Position numbers and translations under genes: made by a program. A stretch of 64,000 nucleotides of DNA from Octopus sinensis (taxonomy: Eukaryota): NCBI RefSeq assembly GCF_006345805.1, contig NC_043026.1:9796001-9860000 (forward strand). Reading direction: 5' to 3'. The notes beneath the pieces were generated by a model. That model searched no databases, was not told the origin of the DNA, and saw only the letters and a list, made by a program, of their open reading frames with translations. Below, one piece after another: positions 1 to 10,472 of this stretch. The number at the start of each line of letters is the position of its first letter. Position 1 is the stretch's first letter.

Positions 1-63
1 GATAACTATCAACACACACATCTTAAGCTCACCCATTGCCATCTGAATTCTATTGTAGTCAAA

Positions 64-461
64 TCTTTATATATAAAAGAAAGGTTGTGTGTCTGTCTGT
101 CTCCTACGATTTAGATTCCTAACTCCTCCCACATTTTGCGGTGCAGTTTAACCAAAACTGGGTATCTTATAGTCGTGATTCATATCGAGCCCTTCTGGGT
201 ATTAGCGCGCATCTACGAGGAGTCTACGATAAAAAAAAAAATTTACCATCAATTTTTCCCATTTTTAATGCATTTTTGGCATATATAAGGGAAGTAACTC
301 TCTAAAAATTTATTATTAAATCTCAGAAGTAAAAAGCTACAGTAGCACCCGCTCCCTTTGTGGTTAGCCATATTGAGATGGCTTTTATACTTTACATCTC
401 TAAAAATGCTTATATAGTTATTTCCCTTACAAACCCGAGAAACGCCGGGCGATACTGCTAG
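64..461 (+). mobile_element. Non-autonomous Helitron-like element
   Basis: A|TC 5' end, 3' GC hairpin (acccgagaaacgccgggc) then CTAG|T; inserted between A63 and T462 with no TSD; 4 related copies in the window. Confidence 0.85.
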
Positions 462-762
462 TGATTAATGACCATATATCTGCATAACTCCTCAACCTTC
501 TCTACTTAACCTTCCTGTCACACCTATATCATGCAAACCAATATACCAGACTGTAGTAGACAATACATATACTAGAAGGAGATGTTTCTTTTGTGATTTC
601 TGTAATTCTTGCTAACACAACAACTGTGTTTGGTGGAGGAAGAGAATATTCAACATTTTACGAATTTGCCACATAAGCCATTCCAGGTTTTCCAAAGAAT
701 ATTGTTGCGTTAACATAATTTTTGTGAATTTGTGATTTATTTACAAATTTCACGACGTATTA

Positions 763-903
763 GTTGGCGTTAGGAAGGGCATCCAGCTGTAGAAACACTG
801 CCAGATCTGACTGGCCTGGTGCAGCCTTCGGGCTCGCCAGACCCCAGTTGAACCGTCCAACCCATGCTAGCATGGAAAGCGGACGTTAAACGATGATGAT
901 GAT
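763..903 (+). mobile_element. RTE-tailed non-autonomous retroposon (family C), 3' fragment
   Basis: ...ggaaagcggacgttaaacgatgatgatgat tail shared with copies at 6.4, 10.0, 55.1 and 55.4 kb. Confidence 0.75.
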
Positions 904-1254
904 TTAAGTGAACTACTATTCTCAAACAAGTGTTGATATATTAAACAAGAAGACAGTTGGAATCTTTTTTATTACATCTTTTTAATTTATAACCAGTTTA
1001 TATATATATAATAATGAGATAGGTTTTAAATATGAATATATTGACAGGAAATTGTATATTTTTTGTAGAACCAATTTAACTTCACAACAAATCAAATCAA
1101 AAATGAAACAAAAAACAAGATAAAAAAACTCATTACATACCAAACAAACTTAATTACCAGGCGGCTAATTGTCTCTACAATGCTTGAAATCATCTGATCC
1201 CATCCCTTGCTCGTTAATTAAATTTCAGTGTAAAACTGTGTGAATAAGGATATA

Positions 1255-1473
1255 TATATAGTAAAGTAAATAAGAGGGCTAGCAGCAGGCTGTTTCGCCT
1301 CATACCGAAGGAATTAGAAATGGCAGTCAAAGACTGTTTTTTCCATTTTCTGTAAGTGGAGATTCCAAAAAGTGGAATCTCCACTTACAGAAAATGTAAG
1401 ACTGCCATTTCTAATTCCTTCGGTATGAGGCGAAACAGCCTGCTGCTAGCCCTCTTATTTACTTTACTATATA
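1255..1473. repeat. Near-perfect foldback palindrome (possible MITE / long hairpin)
   Basis: 1261-1328 is the exact reverse complement of 1400-1467; inner 24-bp perfect stem 1344-1367/1373-1396 with a 5-nt loop; TATATA on both sides. Confidence 0.9.
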
Positions 1474-1592
1474 CTGAACCTTACAAAGTTCCTGACGATA
1501 AATTTGTCATATTTACATACCGAAATTTACCGGTAAATAATTGTTGGTTACATGAAAAACCACAGAAAAATTATTTACCATTTTTATTGCAT

Positions 1593-1599
1593 TATATAT

Positions 1600-1657
<58 letters not shown>

Positions 1658-1672
1658 GTATATATATATATA
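1593..1672. repeat. (TA)n microsatellite
   Basis: Direct inspection. Confidence 0.95.
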
Positions 1673-1867
1673 TCTTGCACGGATGAAGACAAGGTTTCAA
1701 ATATACATTTAGGAAATGTTGAACAGATGTAAAAGACAGCTACAATGACTAGCTTAGTTCTTAGTAAGGCTAAAACCAACAAAGCTATCACAACTTAAAA
1801 TGTTTGCTGTTATTGTTATGAATTTTCATATTGATACAATTAGACTTCAATATGAACAGATACAGGT

Positions 1868-1991
1868 TTAGTTTTCTTATAAACTTCAGAGAATGATTTA
1901 TCACAGATGTCACATTGATATGACTTGTCTCATGTATGGATACATGCGTTTAATTGAGTCACAAATTTGAGAGAATGGTTCATCACATACA
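1868..1991 (-). pseudogene. Two decayed C2H2 fingers beyond the ZNF-1 stop codon
   Basis: After TAT CTC TGA a shifted frame reads DVCDEPFSQ..., then SYQCDICDKSFSEVYK; a 2-bp deletion in TGT GAT would create the stop. Confidence 0.8.
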
Positions 1992-3329
1992 TCAGAGATA
2001 TGGCTTCTCTCCTGTGTGAATACGTTTGTGAGAAGTTAGGTTACTAATTACAGAGAAGGATTTACCACAGATGTCACAATGATGTGGCTTTTCTCCTGAA
2101 TGAATACGTTTGTGAGAAGTTAAGTTATGACTTTGAGAGAATGATTTACCACAGATATCACAATGATATGGTTTCTCTCCTGTATGAATATGTTTGTGTT
2201 TTGTTAAATTATTACTTTGAGAGAATGATTTACCACAGATATCACAGTGATATGGCTTCTCTCCCGAATGAATACGCTTGTGTTTAGTATAGTCACTACT
2301 TATGCGGAATGATTTACCACAGATATCACAATGAAATGGCTTCTCACCAGTATGAATACGTTTGTGCCTATTTAGCGCACGGCGTTTGAAGAATGATTTA
2401 CCACAGATATCACAGAGATATCTCTTTTCCACTGTGTGAATACTTTTGTGTTCAGCTAAGTGACTGCTTAAAGAGAATGATTTACCACACAAATCACAGT
2501 GAAATGATTTCATTCTTGAATGAATAAGTTTGTGTTTAGTCAAGTTGTAACTTTGAGAGAAAGACTTACCACAGATATCACAGTGATACGGCTTCTCTCC
2601 TGAATGAATACGCTTGTGCTTAGTTACTTTATAACTTTCAGAGAATGATTTACCACAAATATCACAGTGAAATGGCTTTTCTCCTGAATGAATACGTTTG
2701 TGCTTCGTGAAGTCACCACTACCAGAGAATGACTTACCACAAATATCACAGTGGTATGGTTTCTCTCCTGAATGAATACGTTTGTGTGTAGTTAAGTGAC
2801 TATTTGCAGAGAAGGATTTACCACAGACGTCACAGTGAAATGGCTTCTCTCCTGTGTGAGTATGTTTGTGAGTAGTTAAGTTACTACTTACAGAGAATGA
2901 TTTACCACAGATATCACAGTGATACGGCTTCTCTCCTGTATGAATACGTTTATGAGAAGTCACGTGATAACTTCGAGAGAATGATTTACCACAGATATCA
3001 CAGTGATACGGCTTCTCACCTGTATGACTACGTTTGTGGGTCGTTAACACATTTTGAGAGAATGATTTACCACAGATATCACACTGATATGGCTTCTCCC
3101 CCGTATGAACACGTACATGCCTAGTTAATTTAATACTTCCAGTGAATGATGTACCACATATATAACAGCAATATGGCTTTTCCCTTGTATGAATACATTT
3201 ATGAGTATTTAGGTTACCTTCTTGTGGGAATGACTTTTTACAGGTATCACAGTCATATGACAATTTACTTTTCTCTTTTATCATGCCTGCAGGGAAAATC
3301 ACATCCTTAAGTTTCTCACTTTCTTCCAT
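1992..3329 (-). CDS. C2H2 zinc-finger protein (ZNF-1), 445 aa, 15 tandem fingers, no KRAB/SCAN/ZAD recognisable
   Basis: CxxC-x12-HxxxH repeats with (T/S)GEKP linkers; N-terminus [25 protein letters not shown] paralogous to ZNF-2 and ZNF-3. Confidence 0.95.
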   Translation of the reverse strand: MEESEKLKDVIFPAGMIKEKSKLSYDCDTCKKSFPQEGNLNTHKCIHTREKPYCCYICGTSFTGSIKLTRHVRVHTGEKPYQCDICGKSFSQNVLTTHKRSHTGEKPYHCDICGKSFSRSYHVTSHKRIHTGEKPYHCDICGKSFSVSSNLTTHKHTHTGEKPFHCDVCGKSFSANSHLTTHKRIHSGEKPYHCDICGKSFSGSGDFTKHKRIHSGEKPFHCDICGKSFSESYKVTKHKRIHSGEKPYHCDICGKSFSQSYNLTKHKLIHSRMKSFHCDLCGKSFSLSSHLAEHKSIHTVEKRYLCDICGKSFFKRRALNRHKRIHTGEKPFHCDICGKSFRISSDYTKHKRIHSGEKPYHCDICGKSFSQSNNLTKHKHIHTGEKPYHCDICGKSFSQSHNLTSHKRIHSGEKPHHCDICGKSFSVISNLTSHKRIHTGEKPYL

Positions 3330-3740
3330 TATTTTTCTTCTTAAATCACAATGGACATATTTTATTCTTGCTTCTGTTCTTTAAGTTTATTCCTTACAAA
3401 TGCTTCCACTGTTGTAGTTCTGTTCCATGTTGCCTCATATAAATTTATGCAATTTTTGTTAGCACACTAATTCATGTTTTAGCACTCCAGTCAGAAATAT
3501 ACATCAATTTTGGTGATGATTTCAGTGCAGAACAAATAGCTCAAAGGAATTCTGCCAAAGATTTATAGAAACAGTGTTATATATCTCTTCTGTACAACAT
3601 TTTTCTTCAGTCTTCAAAAGATGACACATAAGGAGCATATATCTTTTGGTATCCCAAATGTCATCATATTCTAAAATAATAATAATAAAAAAAACAACCT
3701 TGTAAGTTATAGGGGTTACTTAAAAAATGCAGATTCAACT
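3330..3740 (-). promoter_or_regulatory. ZNF-1 5'UTR part of the coding exon and conserved intron 3' end (acceptor AG 3672-3671)
   Basis: agttgaatctg...cttac...ttattttAG|aatatgatgacatt...tcttttgaagact is conserved upstream of all three ZNF genes. Confidence 0.7.
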
Positions 3741-3751
3741 ACCAAAAATGG

Positions 3752-4419
3752 TTAAACTAAAGCATTACGCCATTCAAAGAAACAAAAAAAAAATGTGTGT
3801 AATAGGTGAAAAACAACTTCTCTTTATTAATTTTTTTTTTGCGAAATATGTACAAAAATACGGAGTTTATGATTCATGTGTGAGTGTGTGTTCTTGATAC
3901 TCGTTTAGAACAAGTAGTTTTACACCAATTACACTATTTTTTCTTAGTTTAAAGGCCGTGGACTGAAGATGTGAAATTTCCGAAGCCTCTCCCCCACCCC
4001 CTTTCGCGAGCGCGCATTTTTTTCATCATAGTCGTTTAGAGCAAGTTGTTTTACACCTATTACGCTGTTTTTGTTTTTGTTTTTGTGCCCGGGCCAGACG
4101 CTTTCGGAAATTCCCGATGTGAATTTTCCGAGGCCTCTCCCCCACTCCCCTTTCGCGAGTGCGCGTTTTTTTTTTGTCATATTCGTTTAGAGCAAGTTGT
4201 TTTACACATATTACACTATTTTTTTGTTGTTGTTTTGGTGCCCGGGTCAGCCCCTCAGACGCTTTCGGAAATTCCCGATGTGAATTTTCCGAGGCCTCTC
4301 CCCCACCCCCCATTCGCGTGCGCGAATTTTTTTTTTCATATTCGTTCAGAGCAAGTTGTTTTACACCTATTACACACATTTTTTTTTGTTTCTTTGAATG
4401 GCGTAACGCTTTAGTTTAA
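3752..4419. mobile_element. Foldback-type MITE with ~68-bp TIRs and internal ~150-bp tandem units
   Basis: ttaaactaaagc(a/g)ttacgccattcaaagaaac... inverted at both ends, TTAA at each end; internal unit also occurs alone at ~42400-42555. Confidence 0.8.
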
Positions 4420-4729
4420 TCCAAAAAATTTACAATTTTTTTTTTTTAAACTAATTCCCACATAAACGTAATTAACAGCATCTGAAACGTATAATCAGAA
4501 AATTTTATTTAAAATTATCCATTTTACAGGAGGTTATGAGGAAACAAACTGCTAGTGGTTTAGGAACAGTGATTCTATCTAGAGACAAACATTCGATAAA
4601 TTATAATAAAGCATTGGTTTCTGAATGTATTTCAGAATATTTCTCAAATTAAAACACACAACAAACTAACGCGGCAACGATGCAAAGTGCAGAAGGTAGT
4701 TTCCATAATTAGGAACAGCGAAATTGGCA

Positions 4730-5166
4730 GGCAATCTTTCGTCTCTAGTAGACCTTTCCGTCGATTTCCGTAAAAAAAATTTTTTTTTTTATTTTACATA
4801 TGGGCTTGCGGGAACTTTTGAAGTAATGAGAGCGAAAGAGACTAAGAGAAAGCGATTGTATGACTAGGGAAGTTCTTTTGAAGTTACCGTGCATGTGAAG
4901 CATTGATGTACATGTGTGTGTGTGTGTGTTTGATGGGGTGTGGGAGACAGACAGTATGTTGTGTAAGTGAAGTGCTTCTGTTAGTGTGTGTGAAGAGACA
5001 GAGTAATGTGTGAAAGAAAGAGATAACTGAAATTTTTTACTCGGTGTATGTGTATATGTATGTATATTACTTCAAAAGTTCCCGCAAGCCCATATGTAAA
5101 ACAAAAAAAAACAAAAAAAAATTTACGGAAATCGACGGAAAGGTCTACTAGGGACGAAAGATCGCC
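4730..5166. mobile_element. MITE with ~85-bp TIRs, GGC...GCC termini
   Basis: Same family as 5797-6214 and 47347-47769; no TSD visible for this copy. Confidence 0.85.
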
Positions 5167-5408
5167 AAGTATTTGGTTTCTGAATGTATTTCAGAATATT
5201 TCTCGAATTAAAACACACAACAACAAACTAATGCGGCAACGATGCAATGCAAAGTGTAGAAGGTAGTTTCCATAATTAGGAACGGCGAAATTTAGCACAA
5301 ACCAAGGATGTCTCTCGATCATAAAAGACAGAAGAAGGACAAAGAATCGGCGCGTCAAGAACCGAAACATCTACAGAATTAAGAGACTGAATATTTTCAT
5401 TGTAAAAT

Positions 5409-5580
5409 ACTTACGGAAATGTTTCGTAAAGGACAGTGTTGTTATATATGCGTGTATCTGGGAGTCGAAAAATGCATTATAACTATTATCAGTTAATTAA
5501 CAGAACCTCAAGCAAACGAGAGAAATTATTCCGCATTTAAGGTATAAGCGGAAGTACGTATGGTGCGCATGCGTATTTTT
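5409..5580 (-). promoter_or_regulatory. Putative ZNF-1 promoter and non-coding exon 1 (donor GTAAGT 5414-5409)
   Basis: NRF1-type TGCGCATGCG 5564-5573, ETS-type GCGGAAGT 5548-5555; homologous block in the matching position and orientation upstream of ZNF-2 and ZNF-3. Confidence 0.65.
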
Positions 5581-5611
5581 AATATATGTCTCGCACTTGT
5601 CTCTCGTTGCA

Positions 5612-5796
5612 TTCTTATCTCTTTACTGTCCACAAGGGGCGACACACAGTGGGGACGAACAAGGGCAGACAAGCGGATTAAGTCGATTATATCGACCCCC
5701 GAAAGGATGAAAGGCAAAGTCGACCTCGGCGGAATTTGAACTCAGAACGTAGCGTCAGACGAAATACTGCTAAGCATTTCGCCCGGCGTGCTAACG
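5612..5796 (-). mobile_element. tRNA-headed SINE family B, interrupted by a MITE
   Basis: gagttcaaattccgccgaggtcgactttgcc core; continues after 6214. Confidence 0.8.
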
Positions 5797-6214
5797 GGCA
5801 ATCTTTCGTCTCTAGTAGACCTTTCCGTCGATTTCCGTAAAAAATTTTTTTTTTTTTTTACATATGGGCTTGCGGGAACTTTTGAAGTAATGAGAGCGAA
5901 AGAGACTAAGAGAAAGCGATTGTATGACTAGGGAAGTTCTTTTGAAGTTACCGTGCATGTGAGCATTGATGTGCGTGTGTTTGATGGGGTGTGGGAGACA
6001 GACAGTATGTTGTGTAAGTGAAGTGCTTCTGTTAGTGTGTGTGAAGAGACAGAGAGAGTAATGTGTGAAAGAAAGAGATAACTGAAATTTTTTACTCGGT
6101 GTATGTGTATATGTATGTATATTACTTCAAAAGTTCCCGCAAGCCCATATGTAAAAAAAAAAAAAATTTTTTACGGAAATCGACGGAAAGGTCTACTAGA
6201 GACGAAAGATCGCC
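5797..6214. mobile_element. MITE with GGC termini and 8-bp TSD (Merlin- or P-like)
   Basis: TSD tgctaacg at 5789-5796 and 6215-6222; long TIRs. Confidence 0.9.
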
Positions 6215-6399
6215 TGCTAACGATTCCCTCGTTACATTGTATCTGAAAATCTGATCAGTTCTTCTATAACCTCGCTGGCAATTTTGAAGTCGCAAATAAA
6301 AAGTACAGATCTATATAAACACATTCCTACATAGATAATGCACACACGTGCGTATACATTTAGTCAATACAAACACTCACTAAAAGAACTCGTATAATT

Positions 6400-7500
6400 C
6401 ATCATCATCTTCGTTTAGCATCCGCTTTCCATGCTAGCATGGGTTGGACGGTTCAACTGGGGTCTGGGAAGCCAGAAGGCTGCACCAGGCCCAGTCTGAT
6501 CTGGCAATGTTTCTACGGCTGGATGCCCTTCCTAATGCCAACCACACCGTGAGTGTAGTGGGTGCTTTTTACGTGCCACCGACACAGGTGCCAGGCGAGG
6601 CTGGCGAACGACCACGATTGGTTGGTGCTTTTTACGTGCCACCGGCACGGGAGCCAGGCAGGGCTGGCAAACGGCCACAATCGGATGGTGCTTTTTACGT
6701 GCCACCGGCATGGGGGCCAGGCAAGGCTGGCAAACGGCCACGATCGGATGGTGCTTTTTACGTGCCACCGGCATGGGGGCCAGGCAAGGCTGGCAAACGG
6801 CCACGATCGGTTGGTGCTTTTTACGTGCCATCGGCATGGGGGCCAGGCAAGGCTGGCAAACGGCCACAATCGGATGGTGCTTTTTACGTGCCACCGGCAT
6901 GGGGGCCAGGCAAGGCTGGCAAACGGCCACGATCGGTTGGTGCTTTTTACGTGCCACCGGCACGGGAGCCAGGCAAGGCTGGCAAACGGCCACGATCGGA
7001 TGGTGCTTTTTACGTGCCACCGGCACGGGGGCCAGGCAAGGCTGGCAAACAGCCACGATCGGTTGGTGCTTTTTACGTGCCATCGGCATGGGGGCCAGGC
7101 AAGACTGGCAAATGGCCACGATCGGATGGTGCTTTTTACGTGCCACCGGCATGGGGGCCAGGCAAGGCTGGCAAACAGCCACGATCGGTTGGTGCTTTTT
7201 ACGTGCCATCGGCACGGGGGCCAGGCAAGGCTGGCAAACGGCCACGATCGGTTGGTGCTTTTTACGTGCCATCGGCATGGGGGCCAGGCAAGACTGGCAA
7301 ACGACCACGATCGGATGGTGCTTTTTACGTGCCACCGTGACGGGGGCCAGGCGAGGCTGGCAAACGGCCACAATCGGATGGTGATTTTTACGTGCCACCG
7401 GCACGAGGCCAGTCGGGGCGGCGCTGGCAACATTCGGATGGTTCTCTTACGTACCACCGGCACTGGTATGACAGCTGCAATTTCCATTGATGTTGATCAA
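6400..7500 (-). mobile_element. Family C RTE-tailed retroposon with expanded internal VNTR
   Basis: 13-bp TSD aactcgtataatt at 6387-6399 and 7501-7513; (ATG)n tail. Confidence 0.85.
6559..7420. repeat. 63-bp minisatellite, about 14 units
   Basis: ggtgctttttacgtgcc recurs every 63 bp (6561, 6624, ...). Confidence 0.95.
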
Positions 7501-7996
7501 AACTCGTATAATTAAACCTAGATAAATATTTATAGAACACACATCATATTTATGGACATAAAAAGACTAACATAAATGTATACATACACTCTCTCTTTCT
7601 CACACACGCACATTTATATTAATCTTCCCTGTGTGAATACAACTGAGAGACTAGATATCCTAGTTGACTGCAGAATGATAGATAAGGCAATTAAAGATAT
7701 AAAGACAAGGAAAGGCCTTTGTCCATCAGAAGTTACCGTGGAGACACTTAGAATATCTGATGGAGTAGGATAGTCCCATATGGTTAATGAAGTTATCCTC
7801 TGTATCACTTCACCTATATTTACCCACCACTGTATCTCAAGGGTACATCCTGACACAAACCCACCACCATCTCTCTCATTCTCCCCATCTGAATCTTTCT
7901 CTTCCTCCTTTTCCAACAGGTATACACTTGAGCCTTTTCTATAGCGAAACACCTGTCTCTATCCCTATTATTCTTTTAATCTGTAAGCTGTTTAAT

Positions 7997-8060
7997 ACTT
8001 ACAGAAACGTCTCATAAAGGGTAGTAAAGTTATAAGTGTATGGATTATATATATATATTA
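7997..8060 (-). other. Orphan copy of the ZNF exon-1/donor block
   Basis: ccctttatgagacgtttct|GTAAGTattaaac (donor 8002-7997) resembles the ZNF exon-1 ends; no ZNF intron homology continues downstream. Confidence 0.5.
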
Positions 8061-8099
8061 CTAGCAGAGCGATTCCCCAATTTTCTGCACATTTTCAAT

Positions 8100-9590
8100 G
8101 TTTATTTTACCTGTACATCTTCCACATACAAAAGCTAGTTTCCTTGTTAACCTTCCTCTGGATATTGCTGCACCTTTTGTGTGTCCAAAGCTTACACCTT
8201 ATGGAATTTCTACAGATAGAGCAGGACCATCCACCTGAAGGGATTTGTTATTTGCCTGTCTTCCTACTTTCTAAGACTTTGATTTTTGCTAGGTTAACTC
8301 TGAGCCCCCTCAATTCTAGACCTTGTTTCCATACCTGGAGTTAGAATCTCTGACCATATGAAAGGTTTTGAAGCTTCCAAATCCTTCTTTCCAGGTTGGT
8401 CTGCTTCTTAGCATCCTTCTGGCCTGAAGTCTAAAATCACTAATGACTAGTCTACGCTGGGTGTATATTCTTCACCAGAGACTCTTTGTATTTAAGAGCA
8501 ACTGTGCATCCTGCTGTCTGTTGAGAATGTAATCAATCTGGCTAGTACAATCAGGTGGAGGGCTGGCTTCCTGGTGTCCAAAGCTTACACCTTATGGAAT
8601 TTCTACAGATCGAGCAGGATCATCCACCTGAAGGGATTTGTTATTTGCCTGTCTTCCTACTTTCTAAGACTTTGATTTTTGCTAGGTTAACTCTGAGCCC
8701 CCTCAATTCTAGACCTTGTTTCCATACCTGGAGTTAGAATCTCTGACCATATCAAAGGTTTTGAAGCTTCCAAATCCTTCTTTTCCAGGTTGGTCTTCTT
8801 CTTAGCATCCTTCTCGCCTGAAGTCTAAAATCACTAATGACTAGTCTATGCTGGGTGTACATTCTTCACCAGAGACTCTTTGTATTTAAGAGCAACTGTG
8901 CATCCTGCTGTCTGTTGAGAATGTAATCAATCTGGCTAGCACAATCAGGTGGATGGCTGGCTTCCTGGTGTTGCTGATCAATAGGTTATTTGCATCACAG
9001 AAATCCAGTAGCCTTGTTCCTTCTTCATTTTGGGAACTATTTCCATGGCACCCCATATACACCATGGAAGATACCAGGCTGCTGTATAACATGCCCAATG
9101 AAATCCCCAGCCACAAAAATGTAATCATTGTCACTTGTCTTTGAGGCAGCCTGCTGAAGAAAATCATAAAAGTGTTTTTTCTGTTTGTTTGGTAGACCCG
9201 CATGTGGGGCATAAGCAGAGATAATTGTTGCTATATCAATCTGTAAGCCTAACCTGAGATTAAGCACTCTATTTGAACTCTCTGACTACCTCTATGACTT
9301 TATCCACCCATTTCTCAGTAAGGAGTATGCCCACACCACCTACCCAAACAATGTTACCTTCCCAGAAGATTTTATACCTAAGTGTCTCGCCTGTGAGGAA
9401 CTTGACTGAAGCTCTTCTCCACCTTACCTCTTGGATGCAGCATACATCAACACACCTCTGTTCAAGCATCTCAACAATCTTGCTAGACCTACCTTTCAAT
9501 GTGCCTACAATGACTGCCAACTCTGAAAACTGGGAAAGAGATATGGGACGTAACACAGGAAAGAGAGATGCTATTCAGCATCTGAAAAGG
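8100..9590 (-). mobile_element. RTE-clade LINE relic (APE endonuclease region) with internal ~400-bp tandem duplication
   Basis: GTLKGRSSKIVEMLEQRCVDVCCIQEVRW...GGVGILLTEKWVDKV, ISAYAPHAG...AGDF, NEEGTRLLDFC; frameshifted. Confidence 0.9.
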
Positions 9591-9769
9591 ATCCCATGAA
9601 TGTTTTGTAACAGACATGTCATGTCAGTTGTTCTCACTTTAACCTATCAATCATTCAAACATGTTAAAATTGTTGCCTCTATAAGGGGTGACTATAATGT
9701 AAACATTGTAACAAATGGTGTGTGTGTTAGATAATAAGGCATTAAGACAGCAGGACTTAATGGACAAAA

Positions 9770-10098
9770 TCAAAAGCAAACTCGATGAACATTAATGGAA
9801 TTTGTAGTTTTGCGGTGGCACATACGAAAACCATCCGAACGTGGCCGTAGCCAGTACCGCATTGACTGGCCTCCGTGCCGGTGGCACGTAAAAAACACCA
9901 TCCGAGCGTGGCCATTGCCAGCCTCGTCTGGCACCTGTGTCGGTGGCACATAAAATCACCCACTACACTCTCGGAGTGGTTGGTGTTAGGAAGGGCATCC
10001 AGCTGTAGAAACACTGCCAGATCTGACTGGCCTGGTGCAGCCTTCGGGCTTCCCAGACCCCAGTTGAACCGTCCAACCCATGCTAGCATGGAAAGCGG
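9770..10098 (+). mobile_element. Family C retroposon
   Basis: Same body and gatgatgat tail; unexpanded VNTR units. Confidence 0.8.
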
Positions 10099-10472
10099 AC
10101 GTTAAACGATGATGATGACTCTCCCCAGACATAACAAAATTATTTATACATTTCACAACTTCACTGTACTCCTGTTTATGAAAATGCCATAACATATTTA
10201 ATGAATGAAGTATTTACAATTTTAATAATGAATAAATATACAGTAAATTAGGGAAGTAATTATTCAACAAAGAACCAAATATAGAGTTGCCAGGGGGAAG
10301 AGTTGCAGTATAGAGGTCCCTATATAGAGGTCCCTATATTATGGGAAAGGTGATGGGCAATAATGTAAAATCATAAAAAAATGGAATTTTAAAAAATATA
10401 TTCTTTTCAGAGTTGTAATTTCCATTACAGAAAACACAGTGTTATTAAAAAGAAAAAGAAACATACACCAAA

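Noticed and set aside
2084-3124. Plus-strand ORFs (MIYHRYH repeats), also 50139-50543 on the minus strand
   Set aside because: Antisense shadows of the 84-bp zinc-finger repeat
4612-5292. ~120-bp direct repeat flanking the 4730 MITE as a transposon-induced duplication
   Set aside because: The same segment is also tandemly duplicated in the ZNF-2 intron (13700 and 13950/14830), so it probably predates the MITE
6444-7515. Five long overlapping ORFs (224-324 aa)
   Set aside because: Products of a stop-poor 63-bp minisatellite inside a TSD-bounded retroposon
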